Positions 25,459 through 36,605 of a stretch of DNA of 64,000 nt are shown in pieces. Below the pieces are notes generated by a model, which was not told the DNA's origin, searched no databases, and was given only the letters and a program-made list of their open reading frames with translations. The position numbers were made by a program, and so were the translations under genes. Numbering within the stretch: the stretch's first letter is position 1; each line of letters starts with the position of its first letter. Origin of the DNA: an uncultured Gammaproteobacteria bacterium (lineage in GTDB: Bacteria; Pseudomonadota; Gammaproteobacteria; JASBUN01); assembly GCA_963762165.1 (NCBI GenBank), contig CAVXJN010000003.1, positions 1,440,694 to 1,504,693 of the forward strand, read 5' to 3'.

Positions 25459-25696
25459 GATTGAAGTCTTCGACTGCCGCCTTGCCGTCTTTCTCGAGCA
25501 GGATCTGAACCTTGTGTTCAGCCGCCTGCAGCGCTTGCTGACACTGGCGGGTGAGGGCAACGCCGCGCTCAAATGACTTCAGCGACTCTTCCAGCGGCAG
25601 CTCTCCCTGCTCCATCTGTTCTACCAGTTGTTCTAGCTCGGCCAGGGCAGCTTCGAAATTGAACGGTGCGTTGGCGGTCGATTTACGGGTGGACAC
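25448..25696 (-). CDS. xseB: exodeoxyribonuclease VII small subunit
   Basis: The C-terminal 82 aa of ORF 25448..25804 match XseB (FEAALAELEQLVEQMEQGELPLEESLKSFERGVALTRQCQ). The start (GTG 25696, TTG or ATG 25744) is uncertain. It overlaps the ispA start as in the E. coli xseB-ispA-dxs operon. Confidence 0.7.
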   Translation of the reverse strand: MSTRKSTANAPFNFEAALAELEQLVEQMEQGELPLEESLKSFERGVALTRQCQQALQAAEHKVQILLEKDGKAAVEDFNRDE

Positions 25697-25797
25697 GGTT
25701 GCGCTTACCAAATCGGGGGAGTAGAACTTACATGACACGTACATTGATGTCCACGTCGAAACCCCTGCACGTCGCTGGGAAACCCGTTTTCCGCTTG

Positions 25798-25826
25798 TTG
25801 ACAATGCCTGCCTCGTGAACTACATT
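25798..25826 (+). promoter_or_regulatory. sigma70-like promoter: TTGACA, 17-nt spacer, TACATT, driving the rubrerythrin cluster
   Basis: A perfect -35 hexamer at 25798-25803 and a 4/6 -10 at 25821-25826 sit in the 110-bp divergent region between xseB and the rubrerythrin gene. Confidence 0.45.
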
Positions 25827-25835
25827 ACCTGGCAC

Positions 25836-25856
25836 AGTTTAGACTGATTCTAAACT
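25836..25856 (+). promoter_or_regulatory. perfect 8-5-8 palindrome AGTTTAGA-CTGAT-TCTAAACT at the predicted +1 of the rubrerythrin promoter; candidate repressor operator
   Basis: Read directly from the sequence. It starts about 10 nt downstream of the -10 hexamer. It does not match the Fur, PerR or OxyR consensus sites I know. Confidence 0.4.
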
Positions 25857-25913
25857 CGGTTCCCCGTGGAAATTCATCTCATTTCAAGCAGTTAGCAATT
25901 GGAGGATCCTATC

Positions 25914-26333
25914 ATGGAACTGAAAAGCAGCAAAACCGAACAGAATCTGAAAGACGCCTTTGCCGGCGAATCCCAGGCGAACCGTCGCTACCTGTACTTT
26001 GCGGCCAAGGCCGACGTCGAAGGGTACAACGACGTAGCTTCCGTATTCCGCTCCACCGCCGAAGGCGAAACCGGCCATGCGCACGGTCATCTGGAATATC
26101 TGGAAGCCAGCGGCGACCCGGCTACCGGTCTGCCCATTGGCGCTACGTCCGACAACCTCAAGGCCGCGATTGCCGGTGAGACCCATGAGTACACCGATAT
26201 GTATCCGGGAATGGCCAAGTCCGCCCGCGATGAAGGTTTCGATGAAATCGCAGATTGGTTCGAAACCCTGGCCAAAGCCGAGCGCTCCCATGCCAACCGC
26301 TTCCAGAAAGCGCTGGATACCCTGGGCGAGTGA
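25914..26333 (+). CDS. rubrerythrin-family diiron protein (ferritin-like domain only, no rubredoxin domain)
   Basis: 139 aa from the ATG at 25914, 7 nt after a GGAGGA RBS. The two E-x-x-H diiron halves are [10 protein letters not shown]...[11 protein letters not shown] and [11 protein letters not shown]...AERSHANRF. Confidence 0.85.
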   Translation: MELKSSKTEQNLKDAFAGESQANRRYLYFAAKADVEGYNDVASVFRSTAEGETGHAHGHLEYLEASGDPATGLPIGATSDNLKAAIAGETHEYTDMYPGMAKSARDEGFDEIADWFETLAKAERSHANRFQKALDTLGE

Positions 26334-26345
26334 TCGATACGACGC

Positions 26346-26376
26346 GCAGGGGCCCATCGGTCCCTGCCGTTTTCTC
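26346..26376 (+). terminator. hairpin GCAGGG-N10-CCCTGC followed by CGTTTTCTCG between the rubrerythrin gene and the Fe-S gene; possible attenuator or partial terminator
   Basis: Read directly from the sequence. The short U-rich tail suggests weak or partial termination. Confidence 0.3.
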
Positions 26377-26404
26377 GACCCCCAATTTGCAGGCGTCGAC
26401 TGGT

Positions 26405-27748
26405 ATGGCAGCACCGAACGGAACACGCGAAGGCAGTCTTGAGGCGCCGACCCGCCATCCGCTGGGTCAGCAGGAAGCGAAATTCTGGGATGAGGACGCG
26501 TTGTTCCAGGAGATGGAGCGCGTATTCGATATCTGCCACGGCTGCCGCCGGTGCGTGAGCCTTTGTCATTCGTTTCCGACCTTGTTCGACCTGGTGGACG
26601 AATCGGAGACCATGGAGGTCGACGGCGTCGCCAAAGACGACTATTGGAACGTGGTGCAGCACTGTTACCTGTGCGATCTGTGCTACATGACCAAATGCCC
26701 TTATGTGCCGCCCCATGAGTGGAATGTCGATTTCCCGCACCTGATGCTGCGGGCGAAGGCGGTGCACTTCAAGAAGCACGGTGTGCGATTCCGTGACCGC
26801 GTCCTGAGTTCCACCGATCAGGTCGGTAAGCTGGCCGGGATCCCGGTTGTGGCGCAGGCGGTCAACGCCGCCAACCGATCCAAACCGGCGCGTAAACTGC
26901 TAAGCAAGACGATGGGCGTGCATCCGGATGCACTGTTGCCCGCCTATCATAGTTCGACGCTGCGCAAACGGGTTTCCGGGCGCGTATCCGCGGTGACGCA
27001 ACCGCAGCCGGCAGGGGAAACCCAAGGCCGCGTGGCGCTGTTCGCGACCTGCTACGGTAATTTCAACGAGCCTCATCTTGGCGAAGACCTGATTGCCGTG
27101 TTTGAGCACAACGGCATTGCGGTAAGCATTGCAGAGAAAGAGCAATGCTGCGGCATGCCGAAGCTGGAACTGGGCGACCTCGAAGCCGTCGAGCGCGCCA
27201 AGAATGTCAATATTCCGGTGTTGGCAAAGCTGGTGGATCAAGGCTGGGATATCGTGGCGCCGGTGCCGTCCTGCGTGTTGATGTTCAAACAAGAGCTGCC
27301 GCTCATGTATCCGCACGATGCCGATGTCGCCAAGGTTCGCGATGCGATCTACGATCCGTTCGAATACTTGGTCTTGCGCCACAAGGAAGGCAAGCTCAAT
27401 ACCGAGTTCAAGCAACCGCTGGGGAAAGTGGCCTATCACGTGGCCTGCCACCAACGAGTGCAGAATATGGGCATGAAGACCCGCGACATACTTCAGCTGG
27501 TCCCGGAGACCGAGTTACAGCCGATCGAGCGTTGCTCCGGGCACGATGGCACGTACGCGGTGAAGAACGAATTCCATGAGATTTCCATGAAGATAGCCAG
27601 ACCGGTCGTCAACCGTGTGAAGCAGGCCGAAGCGCAGTACTACACCAGCGACTGCCCGATGGCCGGTCATCAAATTGAAAATGGATTGCGAAACGGCGAA
27701 GCGCCCAAGCATCCGCTGACACTGCTTCGCATCGCCTACGGATTGTAG
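26405..27748 (+). CDS. heterodisulfide-reductase-related (Fe-S) oxidoreductase: 2x[4Fe-4S] ferredoxin region plus two CCG cysteine-rich domains (GlpC/HdrD/LutA-like)
   Basis: [15 protein letters not shown] and [17 protein letters not shown] (ferredoxin motifs), then CCGMP...C and a second Cys-rich CCG-type segment. The start is placed at the Met of MAAPNGTRE inside ORF 26255..27748. Confidence 0.8.
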   Translation: MAAPNGTREGSLEAPTRHPLGQQEAKFWDEDALFQEMERVFDICHGCRRCVSLCHSFPTLFDLVDESETMEVDGVAKDDYWNVVQHCYLCDLCYMTKCPYVPPHEWNVDFPHLMLRAKAVHFKKHGVRFRDRVLSSTDQVGKLAGIPVVAQAVNAANRSKPARKLLSKTMGVHPDALLPAYHSSTLRKRVSGRVSAVTQPQPAGETQGRVALFATCYGNFNEPHLGEDLIAVFEHNGIAVSIAEKEQCCGMPKLELGDLEAVERAKNVNIPVLAKLVDQGWDIVAPVPSCVLMFKQELPLMYPHDADVAKVRDAIYDPFEYLVLRHKEGKLNTEFKQPLGKVAYHVACHQRVQNMGMKTRDILQLVPETELQPIERCSGHDGTYAVKNEFHEISMKIARPVVNRVKQAEAQYYTSDCPMAGHQIENGLRNGEAPKHPLTLLRIAYGL

Positions 27749-27781
27749 AACCGGTCTAGACACTCGCGAAAGGAGCAATGA

Positions 27782-28084
27782 ATGAGCAGTGAGGGGTTCC
27801 ACGAACGTTTTGAAGATTTAAGCGATGAAACCCGCGACATGCATCGCGCCATCGCGTCTTTGATGGAAGAACTCGAAGCGGTGGATTGGTACCAGCAGCG
27901 CGTGGACGCGTGCAAGGATGAGCAGTTGCAGGAAATCCTTGCCCATAATCGAGATGAGGAAAAGGAGCATGCTGCAATGGTGCTGGAATGGATTCGCCGG
28001 CGCGATCCCAAATTTGATCAGCACTTGAAGGACTATTTGTTTACCGACAAGCCGATACTGCAGATCGAGCAACAGTCGGACTGA
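27782..28084 (+). CDS. encapsulated-ferritin-like (EncFtn family) ferritin-like protein
   Basis: 100 aa, with an AAGGAG RBS. The core HRAIASLMEELEAVDWYQQRVDACKDEQLQEILAHNRDEEKEHAAMVLEWIRR is near-identical in pattern to Rhodospirillum rubrum EncFtn (HRAIVSVMEELEAVDWYDQRVDA...ILAHNRDEEKEHAAMTLEWLRR), recalled from memory. Confidence 0.75.
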   Translation: MSSEGFHERFEDLSDETRDMHRAIASLMEELEAVDWYQQRVDACKDEQLQEILAHNRDEEKEHAAMVLEWIRRRDPKFDQHLKDYLFTDKPILQIEQQSD

Positions 28085-28107
28085 TACCACGGCAACAGGT
28101 GAGACCG

Positions 28108-28692
28108 ATGCAGAAGCTAACCCGCGACGACTTGTATTCTCTGGAAAAGTACGCTGAAGTGCGGAATCAGTTCCGAGCCGAGGTGATGGAACACAAGAAG
28201 AATCGCCAGGTTGCGGTCGGTCCCAATGCGACCTTGTATTTCGAAGACCGGCTCATTATGCAGTACCAAGTCCAGGAAATGCTTCGCGCCGAGCGCATCT
28301 TCGAAGCCGCAGGCATTCAGGAAGAACTGGATTCCTATAATCCGCTGATCCCGGATGGCGACAACTGGAAGGCGACTTTTATGATCGAGTATCCTGACGC
28401 CGACGAACGTAAAGTGGCGCTTTCCAAATTGCTTGGGGTTGAGGACCGGGTCTGGGTGAAGGTTGAAGGTTTCGATCCTGTTTTTGCGATCGCCGACGAA
28501 GACATCGAACGCGAGACCGCCGAAAAGACCTCTTCTGTACATTTTCTACGTTTCGACTTGAACCCGAACATGATCGGCGCGGCCAAGGATGGCGCCGCAG
28601 TCTCGATCGGGATCGATCACGAGCACTATCGCCATCAGATCAGCCCCGTGCCGGCAAACGTACGCGATGCGCTGACGGCGGATCTGGACTAG
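28108..28692 (+). CDS. DUF3501-family protein
   Basis: About 195 aa with an AGGTGA RBS before the ATG at 28108 (alternative GTG 28099). The family assignment is from memory of the DUF3501 layout and its usual neighbourhood with CCG Fe-S proteins and rubrerythrins. Confidence 0.65.
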   Translation: MQKLTRDDLYSLEKYAEVRNQFRAEVMEHKKNRQVAVGPNATLYFEDRLIMQYQVQEMLRAERIFEAAGIQEELDSYNPLIPDGDNWKATFMIEYPDADERKVALSKLLGVEDRVWVKVEGFDPVFAIADEDIERETAEKTSSVHFLRFDLNPNMIGAAKDGAAVSIGIDHEHYRHQISPVPANVRDALTADLD

Positions 28693-28723
28693 GCTCGCGG
28701 GCCGTTCCCTGTTGTCAAGACCC

Positions 28724-28758
28724 GGCGGCCGAACAGCACGACCGCCTTTGCTGTTTCC
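28724..28758 (+). terminator. GC stem (GGCGG...CCGCC) followed by TTTGCTGTTTCC after the DUF3501 gene
   Basis: Read directly from the sequence. It is a plausible operon-end terminator. Confidence 0.35.
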
Positions 28759-28840
28759 GGACCCGGGTTTTGAACCGGAAATTAGGTTCTCGCCTGATTG
28801 CGCTGGGCGCGCTACACTGTAGCCGCTTAAAATCCTAGGT

Positions 28841-31343
<2,503 letters not shown>

Positions 31344-31400
31344 GCCGAACGCCGCGCCGGTACCGGCGGGCCCCGATCGATCGAGTTAAACGGAACGAAT

Positions 31401-33656
31401 ATGAGTGAAACCCCGCAGTTCGATTTCGAGGGCGTCGAACGATTGCCCCTGAAGCAATTTACCGAAAAAGCGTATCTGGATTATTCCATGTACGTGATTC
31501 TCGACCGCGCCCTGCCGAATGTCGCAGATGGCTTGAAGCCGGTGCAGCGGCGCATCGTCTATGCCATGTCGGAGCTGGGGTTGTCGGCTGCGGCGAAATA
31601 CAAAAAGTCCGCCCGTACTGTGGGCGACGTTCTCGGTAAATTTCACCCGCACGGCGACTCGGCATGCTATGAAGCCATGGTCTTGATGGCGCAGTCGTTT
31701 TCCTATCGCTATCCGTTGATCGATGGTCAGGGAAACTGGGGCTCACCGGACGATCCCAAATCGTTCGCCGCGATGCGGTACACAGAAGCGAGGCTGGGCG
31801 CATACGCCGAAGTCCTGCTCGCCGAACTCGGCCAGGGCACCGTCGATTGGGTGCCGAATTTCGACGGCACGCTCGATGAGCCGCAGTTGCTTCCCGCCCG
31901 CCTGCCTAATGTTTTGCTCAATGGCGGGTCTGGAATTGCAGTCGGCATGGCAACCGATATTCCGCCGCACAACCTTCGCGAAATTGCCAGCGCTTGCATC
32001 CACTTGCTCGAAGATCCCAAGGCAAGCGTCGAGGCGCTATGCGAACACGTCCTCGCTCCCGATTATCCCACTGAAGCTGAGATCATCACGCCCCGTGACG
32101 AGATCCTTGCCATGTATCGCAGCGGTAACGGCAGCATTCGCATGCGTGCCCGCTATGAACTCGAAAACGGCGAGTTGGTTGTTACGGCACTACCCTATCA
32201 GGTATCCGGTGCCAGATTGCTGGAGCAAATCGCCCAGCAGATGCAGGCCAAAAAGCTGCCGATGGTAGAGGACCTGCGCGATGAATCGGATCATGAAAAT
32301 CCGACCCGGTTGGTTATTGTTCCCCGTTCGAACCGCATCGACACCGAGGCCCTGATGGCGCATCTATTCGCGACCACGGATCTCGAGCGAACCTATCGCG
32401 TCAATCTGAATATGATCGGTTTGAGCGGCAGGCCACAGGTGAAGAACCTGCGCGGGATATTGAGCGAATGGCTGGAGTATCGCTTTGAAACCGTTCGTCG
32501 CCGGCTCAACTACCGTTTGGACAAAGTCGACAAGCGATTGCATTTGCTTGACGGACTTTTAGTCGCGTTTCTCAACATCGATGAAGTGATCCATATCATT
32601 CGCACCGAGGACCAGCCGAAGCCGGCATTGATCCGCCGCTTCGACCTCAGCGACGTCCAGGCTGATTACATTCTCGATACGAAACTGCGGCAATTGGCGC
32701 GACTCGAAGAAATCAAAATCCGCGCGGAGCAAAAAGAACTCGCGGAAGAGCGGGACTGGCTGAATAAAACTCTGCAGTCGCGGCAGCGGATGAAAACGCT
32801 GATCCGCAAGGAAATCGAAGCCGACGCCGACAAATTCGGAGACGACCGAAGGTCGCCTTTGGTGTCGCGCGCCGCCGCGCAAGCATTGGACGTGACGGAA
32901 TTAGTGCCAAGTGAAGCGGTGACGGTGGTGCTGTCAGAGCGAGGTTGGGTCCGCGCGGCAAAAGGGCATGAACTCGATCCGCGGCTGCTGAGCTTCAAGT
33001 CCGGTGACGGATTTCAGGCCGCTGCGATGGGGCGCACCAATCAGCTGGCGGTGTTCCTCGATTCGACCGGTCGAACCTATGCGGTTCCGGCGCATACACT
33101 GCCGTCCGCTCGTGGTCAGGGAGAGCCATTGAGCGGTCGGCTGAAGCCACCGGAAGGCGCGAGTTTTGTCGGCGTGCTGATGGGCGCGCCGGAAGACCGG
33201 TTCTTATTGGCGAGCGACGCCGGCTATGGATTCGTTGCCAAGTTCGAGGAAATGGTCACGCGCAACAAATCCGGAAAGAAAATCATGAGCGTACCGAGAG
33301 GCGCGCGCGTATTGCCGCCTGTATCCGTGCGCAGTCACGATGATGATTGGGTGGTGATCGTATCCACTGAAGGCCACATGCTGGTGGTCGCGCTAGCCGA
33401 GCTGCCTGAACTACCGAAAGGGAAAGGGGTGAAGATGATGTCTATCCCGTCCGCCAAGGTGGCTGCGCGCGAGGAATACGTGGCTGCAATTGCCTGCGTG
33501 CAGGACGGTGAAAGTTTGACGATCTATTCGGGGCAGCGACACAAGACGTTGAAAGGCAGTGAAGTGGATGAGTACGCGGGTGAGCGTGGCCGCAGGGGGC
33601 TCAAGCTGCCGCGCGGATTTCGTAAAGTTGAGCGAATGACGGTAGGGAAAAACTAG
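31401..33656 (+). CDS. parC: DNA topoisomerase IV subunit A
   Basis: 751 aa GyrA/ParC family protein (AMRYTEARL active-site Tyr region). Its length fits ParC and not GyrA. Confidence 0.95.
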   Translation: MSETPQFDFEGVERLPLKQFTEKAYLDYSMYVILDRALPNVADGLKPVQRRIVYAMSELGLSAAAKYKKSARTVGDVLGKFHPHGDSACYEAMVLMAQSFSYRYPLIDGQGNWGSPDDPKSFAAMRYTEARLGAYAEVLLAELGQGTVDWVPNFDGTLDEPQLLPARLPNVLLNGGSGIAVGMATDIPPHNLREIASACIHLLEDPKASVEALCEHVLAPDYPTEAEIITPRDEILAMYRSGNGSIRMRARYELENGELVVTALPYQVSGARLLEQIAQQMQAKKLPMVEDLRDESDHENPTRLVIVPRSNRIDTEALMAHLFATTDLERTYRVNLNMIGLSGRPQVKNLRGILSEWLEYRFETVRRRLNYRLDKVDKRLHLLDGLLVAFLNIDEVIHIIRTEDQPKPALIRRFDLSDVQADYILDTKLRQLARLEEIKIRAEQKELAEERDWLNKTLQSRQRMKTLIRKEIEADADKFGDDRRSPLVSRAAAQALDVTELVPSEAVTVVLSERGWVRAAKGHELDPRLLSFKSGDGFQAAAMGRTNQLAVFLDSTGRTYAVPAHTLPSARGQGEPLSGRLKPPEGASFVGVLMGAPEDRFLLASDAGYGFVAKFEEMVTRNKSGKKIMSVPRGARVLPPVSVRSHDDDWVVIVSTEGHMLVVALAELPELPKGKGVKMMSIPSAKVAAREEYVAAIACVQDGESLTIYSGQRHKTLKGSEVDEYAGERGRRGLKLPRGFRKVERMTVGKN

Positions 33657-33675
33657 AGTCGCTTGAGCGAAACGA

Positions 33676-34755
33676 TCAATTGCTGTTGCCGCTGTCTTCG
33701 CGCAGCTGACGCAAGCGAGTCAGAACACGTTGCGCGCGTTCGACCCTGGCGAGAAGTTCTGCATCGTCCGGAGCGAGCTTCAGCCCCGCCTCCCAGACCC
33801 GTTTGGCTTCCGCGATTCTGCCGTCGGCATAGTGATCGTCGCCGGTCCTTAGCAGCGATGCGACTCGTGTTTGAATCGCGCGTTCCAACCGAAAGCGTAG
33901 TGAATCAAGCTGATAAAAGTCCGGATCGACGTCTTGCAGTTGATCTAGATGGTCGCGGGCCGAAACCAGCTGCGCATGTTGCAGTTCCTTGCGTGCTTGT
34001 TGCGCAAGTTGTTCGGCTTCCTCGCGCCGTTTTTCGTTGGCGACTTTTTCTTCGCGCGCCTTCTTTTGTTCTTTTTTTCGCTTTTCCTGTTTGCCCAGAT
34101 GCGCAAGCACGTCGTGCACGGGTTCACTTGGCACGAGCTGATTGGCGGTTTTGAGGTAACGTATTGCGGCGTCCTTGTTGCCGGAAGCATGCGCAGTCAG
34201 GCCTAGGCTCGCCAAGCGCTGGGCGACATGTTCCCGTTCCTGTTCCATGCGCTTGGCCTGCCAGATCGCGTCCAGATTGGACGGTTCGACTTTCGCGAGA
34301 CGTTCGTAGATCGGCACGCTTGCCGCAAGCCAATCCGCCTGGGCCAGCAGAAGTTGGGCTTCCAGGGCGTCGATCTTTGCTTGGCGCAGGGCGCGCAATC
34401 GGACTGCAGCCTGCTGCAGTTTCGGTCCGTCGGGATAATGACCGATCGCCATGTTGATGACTTCTTCGGCCTTATTGAGTTTATCGGCGTCGAGGAGTTT
34501 TGTGGCTATCCGTGCTTGCTCGCTGTCGTAGTCGGCTGCGCGGGCGCGGACCTCTTCGAGACGTTTTTCCACGTCGAGTTCGTTGCCGGCCTGCGCGCGA
34601 CGTTCCAGCACTTCCAGCACTTTTCCGTAGCGCTGCTCTGACAACCAGCGCTCGATGCGCACGTCGTCCACCGCACGCGGTATCGTAATGAGTTCTGTGC
34701 AACCGCTCAGCGCCGCCAACAACGCGGCGGCGGCGTACAGGTGTACGGCTTTCAT
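33676..34755 (-). CDS. TPR/coiled-coil lipoprotein
   Basis: The ATG is at 34755, inside the long ORF 33676..35220. It has a lipobox signal MKAVHLYAAAALLAALSGC and a charged, repeat-rich body. Its start overlaps the stop of the upstream cyclase gene in an ATGA arrangement. Confidence 0.65.
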   Translation of the reverse strand: MKAVHLYAAAALLAALSGCTELITIPRAVDDVRIERWLSEQRYGKVLEVLERRAQAGNELDVEKRLEEVRARAADYDSEQARIATKLLDADKLNKAEEVINMAIGHYPDGPKLQQAAVRLRALRQAKIDALEAQLLLAQADWLAASVPIYERLAKVEPSNLDAIWQAKRMEQEREHVAQRLASLGLTAHASGNKDAAIRYLKTANQLVPSEPVHDVLAHLGKQEKRKKEQKKAREEKVANEKRREEAEQLAQQARKELQHAQLVSARDHLDQLQDVDPDFYQLDSLRFRLERAIQTRVASLLRTGDDHYADGRIAEAKRVWEAGLKLAPDDAELLARVERAQRVLTRLRQLREDSGNSN

Positions 34756-36326
34756 ACCCAGTTCCGTCGATGATCGGCAATCGAGCGCAGTCGGTCTTGC
34801 ATGTCGGTATCGTGAGGCGTGCGCAAGCCTTCGACCAGAAATGTCGACACGGGTTCGGCTTTGCCGCGGATACGGATGGATTCGAACTCCCGCACCATGG
34901 TGCCTTCCTTGACGCCAGGAAACGCCAGCATTTGTTCGCTGATAATGATTTGCCCGGCGGTGGAGACCGAGCATAGTCGCGAGGCAAGGTTTACGCTGTC
35001 GCCGACCACGGTATATTGAACACGTTCCTGTGTACCGATATTTCCGGCCAGCATTTCGCCTGCGTTGACGCCGATTCGATAGTGCATCGGCGGTAGACCG
35101 TTGGCGCGACGCTCGCGATTCAATTGACGGGCAAGCTGCTGGAAAAACACCGCGCAGGCGATAGCGTGAAAGGCATGCTCCTCGTCCGCATCCGGCACCC
35201 CGAATACCACCATGGCGCAATCGCCCATGTATTTGTCGATGGTGCCGTGATACAGAGACGCTGCGCTACTGATGGCGCGGTAGAACTCGTTCAACAGAAC
35301 AGCAACTTTTTCGGGCGGCATGGTTTCCGAGCGCGCAGTGAAATCGACGATGTCGACGAACATTACGCTGCCGTATGCTTGATTGCCCCCGAGTTCGACC
35401 GGCTCGAGGCCCGCGACCACGCGTCGTGCGACTTCCGGGGGAACGTAGCGCGACAATGCTTGCTCGACCTGGCGCTTCTGCAGAAGACCTTCCGCCATTG
35501 CGTTGAAGGAATGCATCAGATAACCGATTTCGTCATGGCGGCGTTCAGTGATTCGGTATTCGTACAGACCGGACCCGATCGCGCGACTCATCGCCAGCAA
35601 ATTGCGAAGCGGACGTGTCAGCCGCTGGCCCAACAGGTAGGAAAGCAGCACTCCCAGACTCACCAGCACCAGCGTGATCTTGACGATGGAATGCAACGAT
35701 TCGCGCAGGGTCTGGGTCATGAGCTCGCGGCTGAAGGAAATGATGGCGTAGCCGACTACGACATCGCGAAAGCGAACCGGGCTGACGAATGCGATTGCGT
35801 CCACGGGGTTGTGAGTGCTGCGATTCCATTGCCAGCTGATGGTGTGATCACTGTCGTCGAGGAACGGCTCGGAACGGCCGTTGAAGGGTGCTCCGGCCTG
35901 GAAAGGACTCAGACCGGCTCGCGCGAGCAGGCGGCCTTCCTTTGAATAAATCTCGGTGCCGACAATTTGATCGCTGCTCGCCAGGTTGGCGGTCAGTACC
36001 TGCAACAGAAGACCGTCGTTCGCCAACAAAGGCTCTTTTGCCGATTCCGCTGCCTGCTGCACGACGGTTTGCCCGAAGGTGCGCATGTTGCGTTCCAGTA
36101 GCTCGGACTGATTGCGTATCATCAGCGCTCCGGTGAGCAACATTACCACGCTGATCAAAAGGCTGATGGAGACGGCGAGACGGGCCGCGAAGGGCAGGCG
36201 CCCCGGTAGTTGTACGACGGCATCGAGCACGCGGCGCCAACCGGCCGGTTGGTCGATGGATTCAGCCATGTCCGCATTAGGAGTGGCGCTATGGCTCCGA
36301 GTGTTTTTCAGATCTGAAAACTCCAT
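34752..36326 (-). CDS. membrane-anchored class III adenylate/guanylate cyclase (2 TM with a periplasmic loop, HAMP, CHD)
   Basis: The C-terminal cyclase homology domain (VMFVDIVDFT...GDCAMVVFG...GVNAGEMLAGNIG...VGDSVNLASRL) is preceded by a HAMP-like segment and two TM helices. The start at the Met of MEFSD or MAESID is uncertain. Confidence 0.8.
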   Translation of the reverse strand: MEFSDLKNTRSHSATPNADMAESIDQPAGWRRVLDAVVQLPGRLPFAARLAVSISLLISVVMLLTGALMIRNQSELLERNMRTFGQTVVQQAAESAKEPLLANDGLLLQVLTANLASSDQIVGTEIYSKEGRLLARAGLSPFQAGAPFNGRSEPFLDDSDHTISWQWNRSTHNPVDAIAFVSPVRFRDVVVGYAIISFSRELMTQTLRESLHSIVKITLVLVSLGVLLSYLLGQRLTRPLRNLLAMSRAIGSGLYEYRITERRHDEIGYLMHSFNAMAEGLLQKRQVEQALSRYVPPEVARRVVAGLEPVELGGNQAYGSVMFVDIVDFTARSETMPPEKVAVLLNEFYRAISSAASLYHGTIDKYMGDCAMVVFGVPDADEEHAFHAIACAVFFQQLARQLNRERRANGLPPMHYRIGVNAGEMLAGNIGTQERVQYTVVGDSVNLASRLCSVSTAGQIIISEQMLAFPGVKEGTMVREFESIRIRGKAEPVSTFLVEGLRTPHDTDMQDRLRSIADHRRNWV

Positions 36327-36605
36327 TTTCGGTCGCCGGGCCAGGAAAAGCTTGGCCAATGATAACACGTGCCCCCATGATCTCGATAACCGGCTGATTT
36401 GCGGCGCGCTGGATGCCGGCCGGACGGCGCGATGGTTGCACGGTCGGGCACGCGGGTTATGGCCATCGAAAAGATATGGAAATCGTTCGTCGCGGACCAC
36501 GGTCCGGTTATGTCCGGCGCGTCAGCATCGCGCCGCCCTATGGCGCCGTGCATCGCACGGACCGCGCCGTTACAATACTCCGTTTGTGACAATTTGGACT
36601 CAGTC

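Noticed and set aside
25830-25850. Possible sigma54 promoter (TGGCAC at 25830)
   Set aside because: The -12 element TTGCW is absent at the required N4-N5 spacing (the sequence is AGTTTAGAC). The sigma70 hexamers fit better.
34752-36500. Full 582-aa ORF as the cyclase gene
   Set aside because: The first 58 codons (MVRDERFPYLF...) run across the divergent promoter region toward the DUF1015 gene and lack a membrane or domain context. The start was moved to the Met at 36326 (MEFSD).
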